Shown: positions 8,803-18,057 of the stretch, in pieces
Numbering within the stretch: the stretch's first letter is position 1
Layout: every line of letters begins with the position of its first letter
DNA from: Candidatus Moraniibacteriota bacterium
Lineage (GTDB): Bacteria; Patescibacteriota; Minisyncoccia; Moranbacterales; UBA1568
NCBI GenBank assembly: GCA_040006815.1
Contig: JBDTWF010000010.1
Span: 1 to 29,894, forward strand
Direction of reading: 5' to 3'
Length of the DNA: 29,894 nucleotides
Notes under the pieces: model-generated
Database searches by the model: none
What the model was told of the DNA's origin: nothing
What the model saw: only the letters and a program-made list of their open reading frames with translations
Program-made: the position numbers and the translations under genes

Positions 8803-11448
8803 TTAGTAATTCACCGAAACACCCTTACTCTCGCTCGAGGTATTCCCATTATCATCTTTCACAGTGACCTTCACTGTGATGGTGGTGTGGTTCTTGCTCT
8901 CGGGTATGGTGTAGGTTGTCTCATACGGCTTATCCGCCATCTCAGCGACAGAACTCCCGTCTACCTCAAAAATCACCTTATCCACCCCATACTTCGCCTC
9001 AACGCTGGCGCTCAGACTGAGACTTGAGCTCGAGACCGAATCTGGCACACTGAGACTCGCTGATGGCTTGAAGCCGCTAAAATCACCCTCAGAACACTCC
9101 TTCTCTGGAGGAGTTTCGAGAATTACCCCTTTTTGCTTCTTGTAGTAGTCTTTTACGCCCTTCTCCCAATTTTTGTACTGAGCATCCCGATCTGGTTTGT
9201 CTGGGATTGGCCCTCGCGGGTCTTCGCGGGTGACATAGTAGAGGATGTCATGAGGGGAGACAAAGTCCTTTTTATCACTTTCTTTATCCGGGCAATATTT
9301 GTTGGCGAGACAATATTTATCATCCTCCCCTGGGATTTTGCAGACCTTGACATCTTTTTCCTCATCGAGCTTTCCAGCGAGCATCAGCTTTTTTGTCTTC
9401 CCCTCACCGTCACCGATCTCATCATCAGGGTTGTACTTGGGGAAACTTTCGATGGCGTAGTTTCCGAGAACCTTATCGAGGTATGCGCGCCAAATAGGAG
9501 CCGCCACATTAACACCATCAGCACCCTTCACCATTGGAGAGTTATCATTATTTCCGGCCCAGACGCCCACCGCGAGAGAGGGGGTATAGCCGATCGTCCA
9601 GCCGTCGCGGAACTCGTTGGTGGTGCCTGTTTTGGCCGCGACCGGACGATTGTCAAAGCGAAGGGGGCTATTCTCTCCAAAAACCCAAGCCCGGTTATCG
9701 TTGTTTGCTATGATGGAATCAAGCATAGCGATATATTTTTCATCAACGACGCGCTCACCCGGGTTTTCTTGGTATTGCTCGAGCATGTTTCCTTTGGAAT
9801 CTTGGATGGAGAGCACGGCCGTCACGGGGTGTTTTATCCCGCCCGTCGCGAGCGTCCCATAAGCGGCGACATGGTCAAGGAGCTTCACTTCTCCACCCCC
9901 CAAAACAAGAGAGAGACCAAGCCGGCCTGGGTCATTCAGACCGGTGATCCCGAGCCTCTTCGCTGTTTCAATAGCATTATTGACACCGACCAGGTAGAGA
10001 GTTTTTACAGCTGGGATGTTGAGAGAGCCCCCGAGCGTTTTCATCATCGGGAGGGGGCCATGGAATTTTCCGTCATAGTTCTGGGGCTTATAGCTTTTCC
10101 CCTCGGCCGTTTCAAACTCTGTCTCGACATCATAAAGGAGGGTCTCAGGGAGGTATCCTTGGGCAAAAGCGGTGAGGTAAACATAGGGCTTGAAAGAAGA
10201 GCCTGGCTGGAGGGAAGAAAGAGCCGCATTGAAGTTTGGCTCAAAAACGCAGTTTTTCCCCGAGATACAACCAACTGGCTCCGAAGCACCGAAATAGTCC
10301 TTAGAGCCGACCAAGGAGAGGATCTGCCCGTTCTTGGGGTCGATGGCGACGAGAGCGGCATTTGAGGCTTTCCATCGGCTGTTTTTCTCTGCTCCTTCTC
10401 GTACGGCCTGCTCGGCGATCTGCTGTTTATCCCAGTCGAGGGTCGTGACCACTTTCAATCCACCTTGTTCGACGGCTTGGTCGCTATATTTTTCCTGTAA
10501 GTAGTCTTTGATGTACATAACAAAGTGGGGTGCCGCGAAGATGTCCTTCTGGGGCTTCACTTTTCTCAGCGTGTCCTCATTGACGGCTTGTTCTGCCTGC
10601 TCGTCGGTGATGTAACCGAGACTGGCCATCTGCTTCAGGGCATAGGCCTGGCGCCCCGTGAGAGCCTCTGTGTGCGATCCGTATGGGGAGTAGTAGGTAG
10701 TTGCCTGGGGGAGAGCCGCGAGGAGGGCCGCCTCGTCAAGCGAGAGTTCGTGAGCTGATTTTCCGAAGAAGGTCTGCGAGGCCGCTTCAATCCCATAGGC
10801 ATTTGAGCCATATGGAATTTCATTCAGGTACATTTCGAGGATTTCATCTTTTGAGTACTTTGTCTCAAGCTCAAGAGAGAGAATAGCCTCCTTAATCTTC
10901 CGAGTGAGTGTTTTTTCTTGTGAGAGGAGGGTGTTCTTTACCAGTTGTTGGGTAATGGTTGAACCTCCCTGGGAAGCTTCAAACTGGATGAGATCCTTGA
11001 AGAGGGCTCGGAGGATGGAGCGGAGCTCAATGCCAAAATGATGGTAAAAGTTCTGATCCTCGAGGGAGATGGTCGCATATTTCACGACATCTGGCATGTC
11101 CTTGAAGGGGATCACTGTTCGTTTTTCTTCGCCATGGACCTCATAGAGAAGATGGGCCCCGGTTCGGTCATAGATCTTGGTCGATTCAGCGACGAAACGC
11201 TTACTCACATCGCCTGGGCTTGGGAGGTCTTTGGCGAAGTAAAGGAAGATGCCAATCACGACAAGAAATCCCCCCAGGGAAATCCAGCCGCTTATTTTGG
11301 CTATTTTTTTCCAGGGCCAGGCCTTTTTCATAGGAGAGAGGGTTAGAGGGGCCGCGGATTGAGGCATTCCTTGAGGTGTCGGGAGCGGGGAGACTTTCCG
11401 CCGGAAAGCGCGCTCAAAAAGGTTGTTTTGGGGGCTAAAAAAACGCAT
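8803..11448 (-). CDS. Class A penicillin-binding protein (transglycosylase + transpeptidase) with C-terminal Ig-like domain
   Basis: GT51 motifs EDQNFYHHFG, GGSTITQQLVKN, RKIKE, YLNEIPYG; transpeptidase SxxK (GSSFK), SxN (SLN), KTG (KTGTTN); single N-terminal TM helix. Confidence 0.93.
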   Translation of the reverse strand: MRFFSPQNNLFERAFRRKVSPLPTPQGMPQSAAPLTLSPMKKAWPWKKIAKISGWISLGGFLVVIGIFLYFAKDLPSPGDVSKRFVAESTKIYDRTGAHLLYEVHGEEKRTVIPFKDMPDVVKYATISLEDQNFYHHFGIELRSILRALFKDLIQFEASQGGSTITQQLVKNTLLSQEKTLTRKIKEAILSLELETKYSKDEILEMYLNEIPYGSNAYGIEAASQTFFGKSAHELSLDEAALLAALPQATTYYSPYGSHTEALTGRQAYALKQMASLGYITDEQAEQAVNEDTLRKVKPQKDIFAAPHFVMYIKDYLQEKYSDQAVEQGGLKVVTTLDWDKQQIAEQAVREGAEKNSRWKASNAALVAIDPKNGQILSLVGSKDYFGASEPVGCISGKNCVFEPNFNAALSSLQPGSSFKPYVYLTAFAQGYLPETLLYDVETEFETAEGKSYKPQNYDGKFHGPLPMMKTLGGSLNIPAVKTLYLVGVNNAIETAKRLGITGLNDPGRLGLSLVLGGGEVKLLDHVAAYGTLATGGIKHPVTAVLSIQDSKGNMLEQYQENPGERVVDEKYIAMLDSIIANNDNRAWVFGENSPLRFDNRPVAAKTGTTNEFRDGWTIGYTPSLAVGVWAGNNDNSPMVKGADGVNVAAPIWRAYLDKVLGNYAIESFPKYNPDDEIGDGEGKTKKLMLAGKLDEEKDVKVCKIPGEDDKYCLANKYCPDKESDKKDFVSPHDILYYVTREDPRGPIPDKPDRDAQYKNWEKGVKDYYKKQKGVILETPPEKECSEGDFSGFKPSASLSVPDSVSSSSLSLSASVEAKYGVDKVIFEVDGSSVAEMADKPYETTYTIPESKNHTTITVKVTVKDDNGNTSSESKGVSVNY

Positions 11449-11455
11449 ATGCCTT

Positions 11456-11464
11456 ATTATAGCA
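11456..11464 (-). promoter_or_regulatory. Extended -10 promoter for the PBP gene (leaderless candidate)
   Basis: Minus strand TGcTATAAT, 7 nt before the ATG at 11448; no SD. Confidence 0.6.
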
Positions 11465-11537
11465 TTGGAGAGAAAAGCTTTAGATAAGCCAATTTAGAGA
11501 AGAAAGAAACCCCCCATAAAAAGAAAAGAAGCCTTAT

Positions 11538-12527
11538 TTAAGCCTTTTTATAAGAAGGGATTTTTCCAATTCCAAAATAGAGGCGGAGGACTTCTTCGGC
11601 GGCGTCAAAGTCAGGGCGATTGATGGGGTGTTGATGGATAGAGAGATCAGGGCCACCATTGATTTCCAGGATGACCCCGCCGGTTGCTCGGAGAGGGAGG
11701 CCAATATCTTCGGTGATTACATCAATACCCGCCACATTGAGATAAATAGCTTGGGCGGCAAGGACGAAGAGTTCTTTGTTCTCTGGATGGATGTGCTGGG
11801 TTGCATCAATGGCGCTCCCGCCATGAGAGATCGGTGCGGCCAGATAAAGAACCACGGACTGACCCTTCGGGGGGATGAGATCGAGGGCCAAGTCCTGCTT
11901 GGCGAGAATATAGGAGAGCTCGGGTTTGATCGGGATTGGATAGAGCCCCGAGTTTGGGACGATGGAAGCGTTGTGTTTTTTTATGAGACGGAGGATGGTA
12001 TCTTTCCCGTTTCCAATAAGAGTCGGCGGGAGGTATTCGGCTACCGCAATAATCTCTTTCTCAAAAACAAGGACGCGGTATTCTTTACCAAAGACTTTTT
12101 TCTCCGCGACCACATAACTGAAATCTCGTTTGATGGTATGGAACGCTTCCTCGGCTTCGGCGATGGAGTGGAGGCTTCCAAAGATTCCCTTACCGAGGGT
12201 CGAAGCAAGTGGCTTGAGAATAATACTCCCATTATGTTTTGTGTAAAAACTTCGAAGGGCAGGCAGATCCTTGATGAGGAGCTGTTCTGTTGTGGGAATG
12301 TCTGCGCCGCGGAGGATCTCATTTGTGGTCACCTTGTCGACGGCAATCTTCATCCCGATGAAGGAGGTTGAAAGAAGGGTGGCACCGAGCGTGAAGAGCT
12401 CTTTGACACCGTCAGAAATACGGTAGACGGAGCGCCGCTTCGGAGACGGGCCCTTGATGGAGGCGTAGACGCTGACGGAGAGGCCGAGCCGCTTGGCGGC
12501 TGGTGCGAGACCAAAAGGAATGCCCAT
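11538..12527 (-). CDS. Cyanophycin-synthetase/GshAB-like stand-alone ATP-grasp ligase
   Basis: DKVTTNEILRGADIP, ILKPLASTLGKGI, EYRVLV, PPTLIGNGKDTI, GGSAID, AGIDVI, ILEINGGPD. Start placed at ATG 12527 (track: 12704) because a promoter and hairpins occupy the extension. No Mur-ligase domain. Confidence 0.75.
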   Translation of the reverse strand: MGIPFGLAPAAKRLGLSVSVYASIKGPSPKRRSVYRISDGVKELFTLGATLLSTSFIGMKIAVDKVTTNEILRGADIPTTEQLLIKDLPALRSFYTKHNGSIILKPLASTLGKGIFGSLHSIAEAEEAFHTIKRDFSYVVAEKKVFGKEYRVLVFEKEIIAVAEYLPPTLIGNGKDTILRLIKKHNASIVPNSGLYPIPIKPELSYILAKQDLALDLIPPKGQSVVLYLAAPISHGGSAIDATQHIHPENKELFVLAAQAIYLNVAGIDVITEDIGLPLRATGGVILEINGGPDLSIHQHPINRPDFDAAEEVLRLYFGIGKIPSYKKA

Positions 12528-12612
12528 AGAAGAGGCGCTAAAAAATTGAGGGGATGAGAAAAGCGCCGAAAGGCGCTTTGTGTCAGATCCAATAGGGATA
12601 CAAAGTATCCTA

Positions 12613-12641
12613 TTTATACCATGAGCAAGAAAAGAAGTAAA
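12613..12641 (-). promoter_or_regulatory. Internal promoter upstream of the CphA-like gene
   Basis: Minus strand TTTACT-17 nt-TATAAA with a TG extended -10 motif. Confidence 0.5.
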
Positions 12642-12651
12642 GGTAGAGCGG

Positions 12652-13617
12652 TCACTTCTTGTTTTCGGGCGATGATTCTCGCGCGTTGGTGTCAAAAAAA
12701 TCAAGAAGAGCTGAGAAGTATTTTTCCTGCCATTCTTCTTGACCTAGGGCAAAGTAGATTCCCGGCATAGTGTTCATTTCGAGTATCCAAGGCCGCCCAT
12801 CTTCATCGAAGATGAAGTCAATCGTATATTCTTTCTCTGGATATTTTGAGAAGGCCTTTTGAACGGCCACAATAGCGGGGGTAAGGGTCTCAGGGAGGCG
12901 GCTCGGCTCGATGATGGTCATACTTCCTCCTTGGGCGACATTGGCGAGGAGAGAGCCTTTTTTTGGCTCACGGATGTAGGAATAGATGAGCTTGTCGTTG
13001 ATAAAAACAAGGCGCAAATCATGATAGCTTTTGGTGATGCCTGGAATGCCGTGGGAGCTGTCGACGAATTCCTGGACGAGAAGAGGGAAGGTAATGTCTA
13101 ATTGGAGGAGCTTCTCTCGTTCTGCGATGACAACGCTCTCCCCTCCGCTCCCTCGATCGTTTTTGACAACAACTTTCGAAGAAATAATTTCCCCAAGAGT
13201 TTTTTTGAGCTCGTCCCTCGAATTGACAAGTGTGTAGGGTTTTGAAAATTCCGGTATCAAGCGGCTGACCTGAAGCTTACTCCCAGCCGAAAGGGTGAAC
13301 CCCGGATCGTTCAACAAGGGAAATTCCCTCGCGAGCAAAACTTTTGATGGATGCGATATCAGCGATGGCTTTGAGCGGTCATAGATAAAATTAGGCACGA
13401 TGTTCTTTCGAACGACCCAACCTGTACCATTATAAGTAAGTGTTTGCTCGAAAATCCGTTTCTCCTCGTCGTACCAATCCAAAGAAGAGCGGCTGAGGAG
13501 AAGGCCGCGCTTCTCGGCCAAGGCATACAGTTTTTCATAGCTCTCGCGGTACTTTTGGTCCTGGACGGGGGCAAGGGGTTTACCAGTTCTTCCGAAAAGG
13601 ACGAGAATGTTTTTCAT
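12652..13617 (-). CDS. RimK/YheCD-like ATP-grasp ligase
   Basis: VVVKNDRGSGGESV, LVQEFV, HDLRLV, YIR, ANVAQGG, IDFIFD, ILEMNTMPG; ATGA overlap with the upstream gene. Confidence 0.8.
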   Translation of the reverse strand: MKNILVLFGRTGKPLAPVQDQKYRESYEKLYALAEKRGLLLSRSSLDWYDEEKRIFEQTLTYNGTGWVVRKNIVPNFIYDRSKPSLISHPSKVLLAREFPLLNDPGFTLSAGSKLQVSRLIPEFSKPYTLVNSRDELKKTLGEIISSKVVVKNDRGSGGESVVIAEREKLLQLDITFPLLVQEFVDSSHGIPGITKSYHDLRLVFINDKLIYSYIREPKKGSLLANVAQGGSMTIIEPSRLPETLTPAIVAVQKAFSKYPEKEYTIDFIFDEDGRPWILEMNTMPGIYFALGQEEWQEKYFSALLDFFDTNARESSPENKK

Positions 13618-15059
13618 AGCGTAACAAGAGGGGTGCCCGTCGGTTTTGCGACATCGACGAGGAACTGGCGCAGATTTCTTCGCCCAATAATCGCGCGATA
13701 GGCGAGCTGGGAGCGATCAATGATGGTCGGGGACGCCTCAATCTCCTGTTCGTTGATGATCATCTTGAGGCCGATCTTGGGGCGCAGGCTCATGCCGCTC
13801 GCAGAATGAACAAAGACGAGATCCTTGAGATCAGGCATATCCTGGGTGAGATATTTTTTCCGAAGACCGTCAATAGTCTTGTCGTTCTCTTCGCGCGTAG
13901 AAGATGGTGGAGTTTCGATCGCATCAAAATAATTGAGTGTTTGAATAAAACCGAGCTCTTCCGCAAGGGAGCGATCGATAGAGCTTGAATCCGCACCGGT
14001 GTCGATTTTGGCCTCAACTTCAATTTCTTTGCCATCTTTCCCGATAAATTTCACTTTTTCTACCGGGCCAATGACGCGCCGTCCGGAGAGTTCCTCGATT
14101 TCTTCCTCGATCTCTCCCCCAAAGAGATCCATTCCAACGCGGACGCCATGGTCTGTGCTTTTGATCTTGAGTCCCTGAACACGCTCAAGGCGCTCCTTGA
14201 GACCCGCCATGTTGGCGAGTTGGATGGAGAGGCCGGGCCGAGCGTTGAGTTCGAGGATGACTGGTCCAAGGTCACGGTCGATGGCGACATCCGCTCCGAG
14301 GAACCCGAGAGAAGAAACTTCTTGGGCTCGGACAGCCATCTTGAGAATGTCTTTCCAATATGGGATCCGGACCCCCGAGAGGACCATGCGTGTTCCGGGA
14401 GCATTCACGATGAGCCGACCAAAAGCGCCCACCCCCTGTATAGCTGTCGTGGTGACGCCAGATGAGAGATCGATACCGAGGCCAAGCGCACCGTGCTGGA
14501 GATTGGCTTTGCCGTCAGATTCTTTGGTCGGGAGGCGAAGCATAGCCATGACAGGGACGCGGTTAAAGACGATGACCCGGATGTCCGGGATGCCTTTCCA
14601 TGAGTAGGGCTTGAAAAGCTTTAGGAGCTTGAGGCGTTCCTCAAAAAAAGCGACATCAGGAGAGTTGGAGAGCGAAAACGATCCGTCGAGAATGTTTTGG
14701 ATGTGGCTTTCCAGATCTTCGATGGTGACGATGCTTCCATCAGTCTTGACCCAGGCGTCGTCTCGACCTTTTTTCCTTGCATAGACGATGAGGATGCCAC
14801 TTCCGCCGAAGCCTCGATTGGGTTTCAGAGCGAAGCTCTCTGGAAGTTTTGACCAGTCAAAATTCTCAAGCTCGGTCTGAGTTCTAATTTTTCCAAGGAG
14901 CTTTGGCACGGGCAGTCCATTTTTGCCGAGAACGCGCTTGCAAAGGAGTTTGTGATCAGCAATTCTTTTGCCGCGGGCCGGATTGAACGGACGCACATAC
15001 TTCAGATTGCGCGCATTCATCCCAAGGAGGGACCGGCTTTGTTTGTAGAGCTCCCACAT
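13614..15059 (-). CDS. Alpha-L-glutamate-ligase-like ATP-grasp fused to a C-terminal retropepsin-like (RimB/ATP-dependent Zn-protease family) peptidase
   Basis: N-terminal: LGMNARN, ADHKL, FALKPNRGFGGSGI, GIPDIRVIV, AMLRLPT, GKANLQHGA, DVAID, LELNARPGLSIQLAN. C-terminal: EAKIDTGADSSSID and DRSQLAYRAIIGR. ATG 15059 preferred over TTG 15122. Confidence 0.8.
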   Translation of the reverse strand: MWELYKQSRSLLGMNARNLKYVRPFNPARGKRIADHKLLCKRVLGKNGLPVPKLLGKIRTQTELENFDWSKLPESFALKPNRGFGGSGILIVYARKKGRDDAWVKTDGSIVTIEDLESHIQNILDGSFSLSNSPDVAFFEERLKLLKLFKPYSWKGIPDIRVIVFNRVPVMAMLRLPTKESDGKANLQHGALGLGIDLSSGVTTTAIQGVGAFGRLIVNAPGTRMVLSGVRIPYWKDILKMAVRAQEVSSLGFLGADVAIDRDLGPVILELNARPGLSIQLANMAGLKERLERVQGLKIKSTDHGVRVGMDLFGGEIEEEIEELSGRRVIGPVEKVKFIGKDGKEIEVEAKIDTGADSSSIDRSLAEELGFIQTLNYFDAIETPPSSTREENDKTIDGLRKKYLTQDMPDLKDLVFVHSASGMSLRPKIGLKMIINEQEIEASPTIIDRSQLAYRAIIGRRNLRQFLVDVAKPTGTPLVTL

Positions 15060-15148
15060 AAGCGTGCCGTCGATGGTTAATGGCTGGGGTGAATGAGGCG
15101 GATGAGTGAAGAAAAAATTCAAAGACCAGACTGCCTGGTCTCGAGAAA

Positions 15149-15808
15149 TCAGTTTTTATGGCCCAGGATGTGGCGGAAGCGCAGGAGTTCGATGAGCCGA
15201 AGCCCCGTCCATTTGCCAAGGGCAATATTCACAAGGAAGGTGAGGAGAATCACCCACGGGTAGTGGAGGATAAAATTGACAAGGAAAGACTGGCTCACAA
15301 AATAGTAGCCGATGATGGAGATGACAAGCGTCTCGCCCGCGAGGATGAGAGCGGTGCGGCTCCCTTGTTCGATCTGTGTCCCGATGAATTTCTCGGCCAA
15401 GGTGATCATGATAAGGAGAGGGAAGATGTCGACGGAAGCGAGGCCGGTGCGCTGGACGGAACCTCCAAAGGCGAGGATGAGGAGGATGACGATGGAAACG
15501 ATGGAGAGGGTAATGGCCACTCGTGGAAGATAGAGGAGGCGGAAATACCGGAGAAGATAGCGTGAAAGCATGCCAACCGCGATGACTGCGATGAAGATGG
15601 CCACCCCGTATTTCAAGCCTTTCTCACCGAAAGCCAAGAAGGCGAAAGTGATGATGGAGGGCGTGTAGATGCCGAAGGCTTTGATGCCGACGATCTGGCG
15701 GAAGAAGGCGACGAGAGTCGCGATGACTGGGAGCATGAGAAGGAGGTAGACGGTTTGGGCCGGCACGCCTTCAGCGACAAAAAAATTGATGATGGGGTGG
15801 TAGGCCAT
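15149..15808 (-). CDS. 7TM_transglut-like membrane protein without the transglutaminase domain
   Basis: LLMLPVIATLVAFFRQIVGIKAFGIYTP, LLYLPR, FPLLIMITLAE, LGKWTGLRLIELLRF; about seven hydrophobic segments; directly upstream of the glutamate-ligase-like gene. Confidence 0.75.
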   Translation of the reverse strand: MAYHPIINFFVAEGVPAQTVYLLLMLPVIATLVAFFRQIVGIKAFGIYTPSIITFAFLAFGEKGLKYGVAIFIAVIAVGMLSRYLLRYFRLLYLPRVAITLSIVSIVILLILAFGGSVQRTGLASVDIFPLLIMITLAEKFIGTQIEQGSRTALILAGETLVISIIGYYFVSQSFLVNFILHYPWVILLTFLVNIALGKWTGLRLIELLRFRHILGHKN

Positions 15809-15814
15809 AAGGTT

Positions 15815-16306
15815 TTATACTTGAGTCATTTTTTGAAACTTTTGATGGCTCGCATGACACATAGCGATGGCGAGGGCGTCCGCCGTGTCATCAGGCGTCG
15901 GAATCTCCTTGAGTTTGAGGATGGTTTTCACCATGATCTGCACCTGCTTCTTTTCAGCCCGGCCGTAATTAGTGAGGGCTTGCTTCACTTCGAGCGGAGT
16001 GTAACCAGAGAGCCTAAGGCCAAAATCCTTGAGTGTCAAGAGGATGACGCCACGGGCTTGGGAAACGGCAATGGCTGTTTTTTGATTATTGAAAAAGAAA
16101 AGTTCTTCGACGGCGCCTTCTTCAGGGTGATAGCGCTTGAGGATGGCAACAAGATCATCGCGGATCTCCTGGAGGCGCGTCTCGGGAAGATCGTCTTTGG
16201 AGGTGCTGATGTGTCCATAGCCCACAGCCGAGACTTTCGGTCCATCAGCTTCGATGACCGCCCAGCCAATGGTCGCCGTCCCTGGATCAATACCGAGAAT
16301 TTTCAT
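15815..16306 (-). CDS. ruvC: Holliday junction resolvase RuvC
   Basis: ILGIDPG, AVEELFF, YTPLEVKQALTNYGRAEKKQVQ, DDTADALAIA. Confidence 0.95.
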   Translation of the reverse strand: MKILGIDPGTATIGWAVIEADGPKVSAVGYGHISTSKDDLPETRLQEIRDDLVAILKRYHPEEGAVEELFFFNNQKTAIAVSQARGVILLTLKDFGLRLSGYTPLEVKQALTNYGRAEKKQVQIMVKTILKLKEIPTPDDTADALAIAMCHASHQKFQKMTQV

Positions 16307-16344
16307 GCCTTTATTATACCTCGGTAGACGAGGAAGAACGAGGA

Positions 16345-17064
16345 CTAGGCGAGGTTATTCCACACCATTTGAACATCTCCGAGATCCTCGAGGAGGCCTA
16401 AGAGCTTTTCGAGACTTTCTCTTTGGGGGCCGTCAAGGGCTACTTTTTGAGTTGGAAGATACCCGAGCTGGGCCGTTTCTGGAACGAGATTTTTGGATTC
16501 GAAATACTGCTTCACCCGCTGGAGCTGATCCGGGCTTGTGATGACGGTGAAAAAATTCTCCTCCTGAAAAAAGTCCTCAGCACCGGATTCCAAAGTCTCA
16601 TTTTCGAGAGTAGTCACTGGACACTTTTCAGCGTCGAAAGCGATGAGGCCGACGCGGCGGAAAAGGAAACTCACCGTCCCTTTCGCACCGAGCTTGCCGC
16701 CGTTCTTCGTGAGAAGCGTCTTTATTTCGCCGACCGTCCGGTTCTTATTATCAGTGGCCGTTTCAATAAGAAGAGCGATATTCCCTGGGCCAAAGCCTTC
16801 ATAGGCGATCTCTTCAATCTTGGCCGAATCCTTGAGCTCTCCGGTACCGCGCTTGATGGCCCGTTCGATGTTTTCCTTGGGCATATTGACCGCTCGTGCG
16901 GCTTCAATGGCAAGGCGAAGGGAGAAATTGGTATCAGGGTTTCCACCACCGCGTTCGGCCGCAAGGATGACATTCCGGCCCACTTTCGTGAAAACGGCGC
17001 CACGCTTGGCGTCATTGAGGCCTTTTTGGCGATGAGTAGTGGCCCAGTGTGAGTGTCCTGACAT
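16345..17064 (-). CDS. yebC: YebC/PmpR family protein
   Basis: MSGHSHWATTHRQKG, GGGNPDTNFSLR, NMPKENIERAIKR, YEGFGP, TDNKNRT, DVQMVWNN. Confidence 0.93.
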   Translation of the reverse strand: MSGHSHWATTHRQKGLNDAKRGAVFTKVGRNVILAAERGGGNPDTNFSLRLAIEAARAVNMPKENIERAIKRGTGELKDSAKIEEIAYEGFGPGNIALLIETATDNKNRTVGEIKTLLTKNGGKLGAKGTVSFLFRRVGLIAFDAEKCPVTTLENETLESGAEDFFQEENFFTVITSPDQLQRVKQYFESKNLVPETAQLGYLPTQKVALDGPQRESLEKLLGLLEDLGDVQMVWNNLA

Positions 17065-17089
17065 AGATCGCTTTTAATGCAGAATATTT

Positions 17090-17118
17090 AGAATAAAGAA
17101 TTCTCAAAGAAGAGGCAA
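17090..17118 (-). promoter_or_regulatory. Promoter for yebC
   Basis: Minus strand TTGCCT-17 nt-TATTCT. Confidence 0.55.
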
Positions 17119-17136
17119 GGCTGAGGCTGGCGATAC

Positions 17137-17160
17137 AAAAAACCCTCTCGTAAGAGAGGG
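17137..17160 (-). terminator. Intrinsic terminator after the PH-domain gene
   Basis: Minus strand CCCTCTC-TTAC-GAGAGGG-TTTTTT. Confidence 0.8.
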
Positions 17161-17161
17161 G

Positions 17162-17755
17162 CTACGCTTTTGAATCCTTGAGTCCGCGCTTGACGGCCTC
17201 GGCCATGCGGGTGAACTCCTCATCGCGATCGTTCCGGAGGCGCTCCATCAAGACATCTTTGATTCGATACGGATCGGGTACCTGGCGAAAAAGGAAGCGT
17301 TCTTCTTCGGCGGCCGTCTGGACGGAAACATCGCCGAAATTGAGGACGGTCGGGATGAGACCCTCGACCTCGCTCGTTACATCCTGAATACGCGAGAATT
17401 TGAGTTCACTCACTTCGCGAACAAAGAGGCCCTTCTGTTCGATGTTGATGACGCGTTCATTGGTGATGATCCAGACATCGAAATAATAGTCGATCCAGAT
17501 GAGGAAGGCGTAGATCCAGAGGAAAAGGAGGAGGGTATTTTGCATGAAGAGAAAGAAGAGAGCGTTCCCCTGGGTATTGAGTTCTGGAAAAAGAAAAGGG
17601 AGCAGGAAAAGGCTTCCGAAAACGGAAAGGGCGAAAAGAAGCACGATGATGAAGTGGACCGCGATGTTGAACCAGTGGCGGTGAATAATCTCGAGGATGA
17701 CCTCGGTCTCCCGCTGGCCTTTGAAGTGGTATCGGCTGAAATCCATCTCTTTCAT
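17162..17755 (-). CDS. Membrane protein with bacterial PH (bPH_2/YdbS-like) domain
   Basis: RHW motif, two TM helices, WIITNERVINIEQKGLF, SRIQDV, LNFGDVSVQTA. Confidence 0.75.
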   Translation of the reverse strand: MKEMDFSRYHFKGQRETEVILEIIHRHWFNIAVHFIIVLLFALSVFGSLFLLPFLFPELNTQGNALFFLFMQNTLLLFLWIYAFLIWIDYYFDVWIITNERVINIEQKGLFVREVSELKFSRIQDVTSEVEGLIPTVLNFGDVSVQTAAEEERFLFRQVPDPYRIKDVLMERLRNDRDEEFTRMAEAVKRGLKDSKA

Positions 17756-17758
17756 ACC

Positions 17759-17989
17759 TTAGGAATATGGGTAAATGCCCCTTGGGAGAAGTTCTTCCAG
17801 AGGGAGATTGAAAAAGAGAACGGCGTTTGTCCAGAGTAAAACAGCAGTCACGAAGATGAAGAGAAGGGCCGCGAAAGAGGCCACTTTTTTATTGAGTGCG
17901 TAGCGGGAAATATGGAAGAGAACGAAAAAGCTCGCGAGCCCAAGCCCGAGGAAGAGAAAGAGATAGAGCAAATTGAAAATACTCCGCAT
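17759..17989 (-). CDS. Small two-helix membrane protein, unknown function
   Basis: 76 aa, two hydrophobic segments, GGAG SD, 3-nt gap to the next gene. Confidence 0.65.
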   Translation of the reverse strand: MRSIFNLLYLFLFLGLGLASFFVLFHISRYALNKKVASFAALLFIFVTAVLLWTNAVLFFNLPLEELLPRGIYPYS

Positions 17990-18057
17990 CTGATTTTGTT
18001 TTCTCCAGTATAGCGCGAGTTCGTTCTTTTCTACAGAGTGCGAAAGATTTAGAAAAT

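Noticed and set aside
9133-10365. 410-aa plus-strand ORF
   Set aside because: Antisense shadow of the PBP1A gene with no recognisable motifs.
15123-15141. Hairpin AGACCAG-N5-CTGGTCT between the 7TM and ligase genes as a novel element
   Set aside because: Single copy; adequately explained as a weak terminator or mRNA-stabilising stem.
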